Shown here piece by piece: positions 19,939 through 27,272 of a stretch of 64,000 nt of DNA. Positions within the stretch are counted from its first letter, which is position 1. Each line of letters begins with the position of its first letter. The notes beneath the pieces are model-generated. The model was not told the origin of the DNA. It worked only from the letters and a program-made list of their open reading frames with translations, and did no database searches. The position numbers and the translations under genes are program-made. Source of the stretch: Armatimonadota bacterium (GTDB lineage Bacteria > Armatimonadota > UBA5829 > DTLH01); contig JBDKSP010000050.1 of the NCBI GenBank assembly GCA_039680575.1, positions 10,535-74,534 on the forward strand. The letters are read 5' to 3'.

Positions 19939-20506
19939 CGACTATAGCCCTCAGCTCTGCAACCGCATTCTCGACAAGATCGTTTTCCACCAGATATTCG
20001 TAGTGTGGAATCTGTTCCAGTTCGTACCGGGCATTTTGGAGACGCTTTATTATCGCCTCTTCTGAGTCGGTCGATCTCGCTCGCAGCCGTCTTTCGAGTT
20101 CTTCCATGCTCGGCGGCACAAGAAACACCATCACAGCCTCGGGAATCTGCTGCTTGACCGCGATCCCGCCCTGTACATCGATCTTGAGCAGGCAGTCCTG
20201 TCCGGCTGAGATTCTTTCAACGACCCAGGGCTTCGGTGTGCCGTAGAGGTTACCATGCACCTCCGCGTACTCCAGAAACTCGCCCAGATCGATCATCCGG
20301 CGGAACTCCTGCTCGGTAACGAAACTATAGTCCAGACCGTGCTGCTCACTCACTCTTGGCTGACGTGTAGTAATGGTTACGCAGCGCGTCACCTCGGGGC
20401 ATGTTTTAGCGAACTCATCCAGCACGGTATCTTTGCCAACGCCGGATGGTCCTGATACAACTATGGCAAGACCGGCCCTTCGCCGGTAATTATCCCAAAT
20501 CTGCAT
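19904..20506 (-). CDS. gmk: Guanylate kinase
   Basis: SGPSGVGKDT, TTRQPR, FLEYAEVHGNLYGT, IDVQG; start at ATG 20506 assumed. Confidence 0.95.
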   Translation of the reverse strand: MQIWDNYRRRAGLAIVVSGPSGVGKDTVLDEFAKTCPEVTRCVTITTRQPRVSEQHGLDYSFVTEQEFRRMIDLGEFLEYAEVHGNLYGTPKPWVVERISAGQDCLLKIDVQGGIAVKQQIPEAVMVFLVPPSMEELERRLRARSTDSEEAIIKRLQNARYELEQIPHYEYLVENDLVENAVAELRAIVVAEHRRIVSPH

Positions 20507-20768
20507 TATCTGCTTCGGGGGTCGGAACAAGCGACGCCATTCGTTTTGCCAGCGTTTCCTGTCCCAGCGCGGATATTATAACCTGTCCATTGTCCATGAA
20601 CAAAACGCTTTTCGTCCTGCGTCCCTGGGTTGCGTCGATTAACTGGCCTTGTTTCCGGGCTTCCTGGATCACACGCTTCACCGGTGCCGATACGCTCGAG
20701 AGGATAGCGATGATCCTTTCTCTAACGACGAAGTTTCCGAACCCTATACTCATGGCGGTTGTTGTCAA
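20490..20768 (-). CDS. remA: RemA/DUF370 family regulator
   Basis: IGFGN, SAPVKR, LIDATQGRRTKS, ETLAKR; canonical position upstream of gmk; GGAGG RBS. Confidence 0.85.
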   Translation of the reverse strand: MTTTAMSIGFGNFVVRERIIAILSSVSAPVKRVIQEARKQGQLIDATQGRRTKSVLFMDNGQVIISALGQETLAKRMASLVPTPEADNADLG

Positions 20769-20894
20769 TAGTAATCCTCCGCGCCTGCGGCGGTTTGTTC
20801 ACCGCCTTGGTCACACTAACAGGTTTCATGCGTGACTCACGCCTGAAACTCTCTGAGAGATTTTTGGTTTGTAATACAACCCGAAATTCAGTAA

Positions 20895-20923
20895 ATTATA
20901 GCACCGCTGGCTGTCCCGGTCAA
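20895..20923 (-). promoter_or_regulatory. Sigma70-type promoter of the remA-gmk-...-fmt operon
   Basis: TTGACC-17 bp-TATAAT with an extended TGn -10 on the minus strand. Confidence 0.75.
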
Positions 20924-21091
20924 ACTTTTGGACTCGTTTCTCGACTTGGGGCATAATGTGTGTTAAAATTTATTTGTACGAAAAATCACAATCTACCATA
21001 AAGATTCAGTTTCTAGCAGAAGCGGCCTGTGGGAAACTATATGTAGAGCTTGTTACCGTGTTACATACGGTTTAGATTAAGGAACAAACGG

Positions 21092-22483
21092 ATGGTTAGC
21101 CGGAGAATAGTCAAGGACACGGGGTTCATAGACGAAGAAGAGATTCTGGATTCACTGGAGCAAGCAAAAACCGCCCACAAAGAGCATGCGCTCGATATCG
21201 TCGAAAAGTCGAAGTCCTTTGCGGGACTATCGCTCGATGAGCTTGCAGTGCTGCTTACGAATAACGACTCGGAGGTGCGGGATGCTGTCTTTGAGGCCGC
21301 CAATTCGGTCAAAGAACGCGTTTTTGGGTCGAGAATAGTTTTCTTCGCACCGCTTTACGTTTCCAATGCCTGCGCAAACAACTGTCTTTACTGCAGCTTC
21401 AGAAAAGACAACAAAGACCTCGTACGCAAAGTTTTGACCGAAGAGGAGATCGAGAATGAGACGAAAACCATTCTCGGTCAGGGGCACAAACGAATCCTGC
21501 TCGTCGTCGGAGAGAATCCAAGGTTAACCGGCATAGAATACATCGAAAAGGCTGTCGCAGCCATTTACCGGACTCGTTCCGGTAAATCTTCCATACGAAG
21601 AGTCAGCGTCAACTGCGCCCCGTTATCAGATGATGAGTTCAGAAGGCTAAAAGCCGCCAAAATCGGCACTTACCAGATTTCCCAGGAGACATATCACAGA
21701 GAAACCTATAAGCGGATGCATCCGTCCGGTCCCAAGAGGTTCTATAACTGGCGTATCGAAGCGCCGGACAGGGCGATGGATGCTGGACTCGACAATGTAG
21801 GCATCGGCCCGCTCTTCGGGCTTTTCGACTGGAAGTTCGAGGTGATGGCTACGCTCATGCACGCGCAGCATCTGGACTCCAAGTTCGGAATCGGTCCGCA
21901 CAGTATTTCGATTTCGAGACTGGCGCTTGAATCGAACGCTCCCGCTGCCGAAAACCCGCCGTTTACCCTTACGTGCGAAGACATGAAGCGTATAGCGGCG
22001 CTCCTCAGGCTGGCTGTGCCGTATACTGAGATTATTCTTTCGACTCGTGAGCAGCCGGAACTTAGAAACCGGTTGTATGAACTCGGAGTCTCACAGACAA
22101 ACGCCAGTGGCGGATACGCGGAAGCCTATCATCCAGAAACGGAGCAGTTTTCAATCAACGACATGAGAAATTTGGCCGAAATGTCCCGACAGATGTGCCA
22201 TGAAGGTCATATTCCGAGCTTCTGTACAGCCTGCTGCCGTACCCGCAGGACCAGCGGGAGGTTCATGAAGCTCGCAAAGCGCGGCGATATCCACAAGGTA
22301 TGCGAGCCTGACGCGCTGATTTCGTTCAAAGAGTATCTTATCGACTACGCCGACCCGGCCACACGCGCCGAAGGTGAAAAGACCATTGCAGAACGGCTCG
22401 AAAAGCTGGAGCCTGCTATCAAGGAGAGGACCAGGACACTCCTTGCCGAGGTTGAATCCGGCAAGCGGGATGTGTATGTGTGA
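21092..22483 (+). CDS. hydG: [FeFe]-hydrogenase H-cluster maturase HydG (radical SAM)
   Basis: FAPLYVSNACANNCLYCSF, QETYH, GPHSIS, C-terminal PSFCTAC...C auxiliary cluster motif, G.RDVY end; start reassigned to ATG 21092. Confidence 0.85.
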   Translation: MVSRRIVKDTGFIDEEEILDSLEQAKTAHKEHALDIVEKSKSFAGLSLDELAVLLTNNDSEVRDAVFEAANSVKERVFGSRIVFFAPLYVSNACANNCLYCSFRKDNKDLVRKVLTEEEIENETKTILGQGHKRILLVVGENPRLTGIEYIEKAVAAIYRTRSGKSSIRRVSVNCAPLSDDEFRRLKAAKIGTYQISQETYHRETYKRMHPSGPKRFYNWRIEAPDRAMDAGLDNVGIGPLFGLFDWKFEVMATLMHAQHLDSKFGIGPHSISISRLALESNAPAAENPPFTLTCEDMKRIAALLRLAVPYTEIILSTREQPELRNRLYELGVSQTNASGGYAEAYHPETEQFSINDMRNLAEMSRQMCHEGHIPSFCTACCRTRRTSGRFMKLAKRGDIHKVCEPDALISFKEYLIDYADPATRAEGEKTIAERLEKLEPAIKERTRTLLAEVESGKRDVYV

Positions 22484-22499
22484 GAGGATTGAGGATTTA

Positions 22500-22663
22500 G
22501 GGATGGGGTTGGTGGAGAGTCGACAGGCAGGTTTCGGGACAAAGGTGTCTGCTCGCCTACGGCGGACACTTCGGCAGCAATCAGTCCGAAGCAAACTGGT
22601 GGATAACATTGCTTCTCCCAGTGGTCCAGTAGATCCACGGGGTTGGACGAACTGCGAAGCATA
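22500..22663 (-). repeat. Family B composite palindromic element (rearranged copy)
   Basis: 22610-22663 is the reverse-complement match of 10095-10155. Extra hairpins gtgtctgc..gcggacac and cttcgg..ccgaag; shares the ttggtggaga end motif. Confidence 0.7.
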
Positions 22664-22767
22664 GGAAAATTAAGATAAAACGATAGTTTGTAATGCCTCG
22701 CACGAGTAGTTTATGCCGAGGCATTTATCGCAATAGACTGCTTGTTGGGCGATGATTCCAGCTGACT

Positions 22768-23844
22768 CTACTCTTCAATCATATCTTTGCCGTCTGTCAA
22801 CCACTCGACGTTGAAGCGTGCAAGAGTCAACCGCTCACAAGGGTAGATTTCGCCGTTTTCATATATACAGCAAATGGTCATGTCGGGAGCGATAGCTATG
22901 TCGGAATAAGAGGACGGCCCGGAGTAAAGAGTCTTTGCGACAGGCCATGTCCTGCACTCATCATAGCTCATCCTGACCGTCATATTCACCCTTACACCGT
23001 TTGCAGGGTTGGAAAACAGAACCCGGTTCCGGCCGTGCCTTGTTCTGCTCGTAAATCTGGCAAGGCCGGCCTGGCATACCGGTTCTATCAGCGTTTCATC
23101 TCTGGCAACCTCACAGAAGGTCTCTCCGCCGTCATGGCTCCATGCATAAGCCCGTTTCTGCGGCGGTTCTCCAGAGTTTCTGCAGTTGATGTATACTGCT
23201 CCGTCTTCCGTTTCGACTACAGCCGATTCGTTGGTGCCTTCATCCACTATACCGCCGATCCTCCAGTTTTTGCCATGGTCGTCGCTCAGCATTACGTGTG
23301 AATGGTAGCGAGGAGTGCTTCCAACAACATGATCACACGGGATAACCAACCGACCGTCTCTCAGTTGGATGCCGTGGCATGGTCCGGTAGCATACCATGT
23401 CCAGTCAGGTAGTTTGGTTTGCCCGGTTATCTCTATTGGTCGGCTCCAGGTAAGGCCGTCATCTGTGGATTTGGTAATCCAGACGGTACGCGGCGCCTCG
23501 CCCCGGAGTATCATCTCTTCCGGCCCGTCTGCGAGGTTTTTACAGAATGGAAGCCAGACTGTGCCGTTGCTTGCATCCACTACAGGGCACGGGTTGCCGC
23601 AAGTCATATCTTTTTCTGATGCAACAGTCTGGAATTTGCTCCAGGTTTTGCCTCCATCAGTGCTGCGTCTGAGCAGAATGTCTATTTTTCCGAAATCATC
23701 GGCGCCATGCTTCCTGCCTTCACAAAAAGCAAGCGTCGTCCCATTGGCGGTTATGATAATGACTGGAATTCTGTATGTGTTGTAGCCTCCCTCGCTGTTT
23801 ACGAACAAGTCGAACTGCTCGATTTTGATGTTTGAACCGGTCAT
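22768..23844 (-). CDS. GH33 sialidase-family protein (BNR/Asp-box propeller), no signal peptide
   Basis: YRIP, STDGGKTWS, STDDGLTWS, SDDHGKNW, SHDGGETF, TNES, SSYS, YE motifs. Confidence 0.88.
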   Translation of the reverse strand: MTGSNIKIEQFDLFVNSEGGYNTYRIPVIIITANGTTLAFCEGRKHGADDFGKIDILLRRSTDGGKTWSKFQTVASEKDMTCGNPCPVVDASNGTVWLPFCKNLADGPEEMILRGEAPRTVWITKSTDDGLTWSRPIEITGQTKLPDWTWYATGPCHGIQLRDGRLVIPCDHVVGSTPRYHSHVMLSDDHGKNWRIGGIVDEGTNESAVVETEDGAVYINCRNSGEPPQKRAYAWSHDGGETFCEVARDETLIEPVCQAGLARFTSRTRHGRNRVLFSNPANGVRVNMTVRMSYDECRTWPVAKTLYSGPSSYSDIAIAPDMTICCIYENGEIYPCERLTLARFNVEWLTDGKDMIEE

Positions 23845-23857
23845 CTGTTTCTCCTGT

Positions 23858-24757
23858 TCAGCGTAATCTGGCGGCAGTCAATTCGTTTATTTGGGCCTTC
23901 TGCCGGTCATCAAGAGGCTGCAGCGGTGAGACGGGTTTCCCCGAACCTATGCCCAGGCTTGCGACGGCGTACTTCACGCCCGCGATCCAGCAAGCTCCTG
24001 CAAGGGGAAGTCTTTGCCGGAGATAGTCTATTCTCTGCTGTAGTTGCCTGATCTCATCCCGGTTTCCCTGTATACCGGCCTTGTAAGCTTTGATAAATGT
24101 CTCGGGCTCGTAGTTGGCGCACACAGGCACAACCCCGCAAGCTCCCATAAGCAGCCCTTCCGAGATGCCTGCCTCATCGCCCATGAATGCTTTCAGTCCG
24201 GCCTCTTTTCCCTGTTCGAGCAGCCGCCGGAAGTAATCGAGATTGCCGGAACTCTCTTTGCAATACCGTATCCAGCCCCGCTTTGCCATCTCACACATCG
24301 TAGCTACAGCTATTTCTGATCCTGTGCATGATGGAATGTTATAAGCAATAAGCTCGGAATCTCCGCATGCTTCTTTAGCTGCTCCGAAAAGCCGTAAATG
24401 TTCATCCGGCGCTTTGATGGATGTATAAAAAGTAGGAGCGACCACTATGTTGTGGTAACCCGCTCCCTTCAGTTGCCGTATTTTGCCCAAGACTCTTTCT
24501 GTTGAAGTATCAATAGCCCCTCCAAGAAGGTAAGTATCCTCTCCCGCTTCATCGATAGCTGTTTCTATCATTCTGTCCCACTGGTCTGCGGTGAGAAGAG
24601 GTCCCTCTCCGGCTGAACCTCCTACGAACATACCGTCTACACCTGCATCAAGCACGTAGCGTATTACCTGTCTGAATGCCGGTTCATCCACCCGGTCTCT
24701 GTCATCTACAGGCGTTATTACCGGAACAATTACACCTTTGAGCTTAATCTGCATCAT
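23858..24757 (-). CDS. DapA/NanA-family class I aldolase
   Basis: GVIVPVITP, GSAGEG, YNIP, KESSG. True start is ATG 24757 after AGGAG; the ORF-track 5' extension overlaps hydE. Confidence 0.85.
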   Translation of the reverse strand: MMQIKLKGVIVPVITPVDDRDRVDEPAFRQVIRYVLDAGVDGMFVGGSAGEGPLLTADQWDRMIETAIDEAGEDTYLLGGAIDTSTERVLGKIRQLKGAGYHNIVVAPTFYTSIKAPDEHLRLFGAAKEACGDSELIAYNIPSCTGSEIAVATMCEMAKRGWIRYCKESSGNLDYFRRLLEQGKEAGLKAFMGDEAGISEGLLMGACGVVPVCANYEPETFIKAYKAGIQGNRDEIRQLQQRIDYLRQRLPLAGACWIAGVKYAVASLGIGSGKPVSPLQPLDDRQKAQINELTAARLR

Positions 24758-24953
24758 CTCTGCTCTCCTGCCATTGATGCTGCATTCTATCATTTTATGG
24801 CATGCAAAGGAATAGCCTGAGAATTCCTTGCTACCTCCACAAATCCTATTCTCGACGTTGAAGCACGTTGTATGGTAGAATTTGATCGCACAAAAATCCA
24901 CAATCTGCCGTGAGGACTTGGTTTTCATCGGAAGCAGCCTGAATATGTGCGAT

Positions 24954-26000
24954 ATGAATTTGGATAATCTGCTCAAAAAATGCATAGAGTCCGGCGATCT
25001 TAGCCGTGAAGAGATCGTTTTTTTGTTGTCGCTTAAGGATGAGGCTGATGTTGCGCGGCTGATTGCAGCCGCCGACGAGGTCAGAAAGCGGTACTGCGGC
25101 GATGAAGTCCACATTCGTGGGCTGATCGAGTTCTCAAATATATGTAAAAACGACTGCCTCTACTGCGGGCTAAGGAGATCGAACAAGTCGGTCAACCGCT
25201 ACAGGATGACCCCGGACGAAATAGTCGAAATGGCTGTAAAGCTCGCGGACAAGAAGATTCAAACCATCGTCCTTCAGTCCGGCGAAGACTTAAAATTTAC
25301 GAGGGAAGTCGTGGCAGACATTGTCCGCCGGATAAAGTTCGTCACGGATATAGCAGTGACTTTATGCCTCGGTGAGCGGCCGTTCGAGGACTACGCGCTC
25401 TGGAAAGAGGCTGGTGCAGACCGCTATCTGCTCCGCCACGAGACATCCAACCCGGAGCTTTTCAGAAAAATGCACCCGGATTCAACACTGGAGGCGCGGC
25501 TCGGCTGCCTTCGTGAGCTAAAGCGGCTTGGGTACCAGATCGGAGCGGGCTGCATGGTCGGGCTTCCCGGGCAGACAGTCGAAGATATGGCGAATGATAT
25601 TCTGCTTTTCAAAGAACTGGATGTCGATATGGCCGGAATCGGGCCGTTTATCCCTCATCCCGATACACCGCTTGGCGATGCCGCTCAGGGTTCCCTTGAG
25701 ATGACGCTCAAGATGGTTGCGCTCGCCAGAATCGTAACCAGAAATGCGCTCCTACCTGCAACTACGGCTGCCGGGTCGGTAGATGAGTTCGGCAGGGAAA
25801 AGGCGCTCCAAGCCGGGGCAAATGTAGTGATGCCGAACCACACTCCGCTTGTCTACCGCGTGGACTACGAAATCTATCCGAACAAGCGATGCATCACGGA
25901 AGACCCGGAAAAATGCGGCGCATGCCTGACTGCAAGAATCCTCTCCGTAGGCCGGACCGTAGCGACCGGCAAAGGACATTCGCTTAAGAGAAGAATCTAG
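24954..26000 (+). CDS. hydE: [FeFe]-hydrogenase maturase HydE (radical SAM)
   Basis: RGLIEFSNICKNDCLYCGLR, YLLRHET, GIGPFIPHPDTP, LPATTA, GANVVMPN, YEIYPNK; start reassigned. Confidence 0.88.
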   Translation: MNLDNLLKKCIESGDLSREEIVFLLSLKDEADVARLIAAADEVRKRYCGDEVHIRGLIEFSNICKNDCLYCGLRRSNKSVNRYRMTPDEIVEMAVKLADKKIQTIVLQSGEDLKFTREVVADIVRRIKFVTDIAVTLCLGERPFEDYALWKEAGADRYLLRHETSNPELFRKMHPDSTLEARLGCLRELKRLGYQIGAGCMVGLPGQTVEDMANDILLFKELDVDMAGIGPFIPHPDTPLGDAAQGSLEMTLKMVALARIVTRNALLPATTAAGSVDEFGREKALQAGANVVMPNHTPLVYRVDYEIYPNKRCITEDPEKCGACLTARILSVGRTVATGKGHSLKRRI

Positions 26001-26002
26001 AG

Positions 26003-26325
26003 ATGATTGGTGGACAATTCACTTACTCGGGCTGTATTTGCAATGCAGCTCGGACTGGCCGGATAGGGATCTCTAAGTAGTCTCCGTTTCTAGTAGCAGC
26101 TATGGTAGAGTCCGGCTCTTGCAGAGCCGATGGCCGGCACGGAGACCGGCCACTACGTCAAGCTGGCCTGCTATTAAGACAGGATGTTACTTAGATCCCG
26201 GTCAATCAACCATAATCAATCTCCCGGCATCACAGATGCCTGACTTGCCACTTCGGGAGAGATTGCAAATCCCTCCCGAGCATGGTTCTTTTTTACTGAT
26301 AGCTGACGGCTGAAAGCTGATTGTT
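26003..26325. repeat. Mosaic of REP-like palindromes between convergent genes
   Basis: cgggctgtatttgcaatgcagctcg (26028-26052); GTAG...CTAC-bounded doublet (26105-26156); tcgggagagattgcaaatccctcccga (26253-26279); heptamers ctgatag-ctgacgg-ctgaaag. Confidence 0.7.
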
Positions 26326-26330
26326 AAAAA

Positions 26331-27203
26331 CTATTCCGCACTTCTTTCTCCTGCCGCCCAGCCGGTAATTCGGGCGTTCTGCTGCCCCTCTATCATCGTC
26401 CAGCGGACCGCCGAGATACCGACCATCGTGCGTGCATACAGACTGAGGAATGTCTCGAACAGTTGCCGGGCACGTTGTTGATCGGGATAGCTAACCTCTA
26501 CAGGATTCGGAAGCTCCTGAGCCAACTCCAGGGCAGCCTGCGAGATGCCTTGTGCCTCATTGAGCAGAGTTGTAGACCGCATTCCGGGTTTCAGCATGCT
26601 CCATATCCGGCGCAGGAACGACGGCCACTCGGCCAGCGCTTGAAAATCATCCGGGATGACCGGTATTCCCATCACATCCGAAATATCGTAATAATCCTCT
26701 TTTACACCGTTCGAAGCCTGCTCGAACATGACCTGTGGTATTTTATTCGGATACTCCGGCTCTTCCTTCGTGATCCGCGTTGCCCTGTATCGATTAATAC
26801 CGGATGTCTTGATTCCCGTCACCGAGACCGTGAGCGCTGCTGTTGCCAGCAGCAGCTTGGGGTTTAGATAGTGCAGCACTTCGAGGACGTAAAGAATGCG
26901 TCTGATATCTTCCCTGGTGAATCTGTGGTCATGAAGCCATGTATATAGATCGTCGAGATCGAATGTCAGTCCGGCGAGCGTGTCTGCCCGCTGTCTTATG
27001 CGGCTTGCAAGATCGACGAATGCTTGTGTTGTTACATCAGGTTGAAGCTGCGGCCAGACTGCCTCCAGTAATCCTGGCTGTTTTGCCAATGCCCTGAATA
27101 TGGAGCCGACAAAGGGTGAACCGAAATCACGTTGGATTTCTCCATATAGGGTCTTTAACTGCCCATGCGCCTGTCCTTCCTCTAGTGTTTCTATGCGCCG
27201 CAT
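26331..27203 (-). CDS. DehI-like (group I haloacid dehalogenase fold) protein
   Basis: Two-fold internal repeat (LYGEIQRDFGSPFVGSIFRALA / YYDISDVMGIPVIPDDFQALAEWPSFL) and YLNPKL; ATG 27203 after GGAGG. Confidence 0.65.
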   Translation of the reverse strand: MRRIETLEEGQAHGQLKTLYGEIQRDFGSPFVGSIFRALAKQPGLLEAVWPQLQPDVTTQAFVDLASRIRQRADTLAGLTFDLDDLYTWLHDHRFTREDIRRILYVLEVLHYLNPKLLLATAALTVSVTGIKTSGINRYRATRITKEEPEYPNKIPQVMFEQASNGVKEDYYDISDVMGIPVIPDDFQALAEWPSFLRRIWSMLKPGMRSTTLLNEAQGISQAALELAQELPNPVEVSYPDQQRARQLFETFLSLYARTMVGISAVRWTMIEGQQNARITGWAAGERSAE

Positions 27204-27272
27204 CTCGAACCCCTCCAAATCCAGCGCAACCCACTTTCTTTTCCCCTGCCGGACCGGCGTTCAAACGGAGAA

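Noticed and set aside
24758..25114. N-terminal extension of the aldolase ORF overlapping hydE
   Set aside because: Homology and an RBS place the start at 24757; the region is a divergent promoter spacer plus the hydE 5' end.
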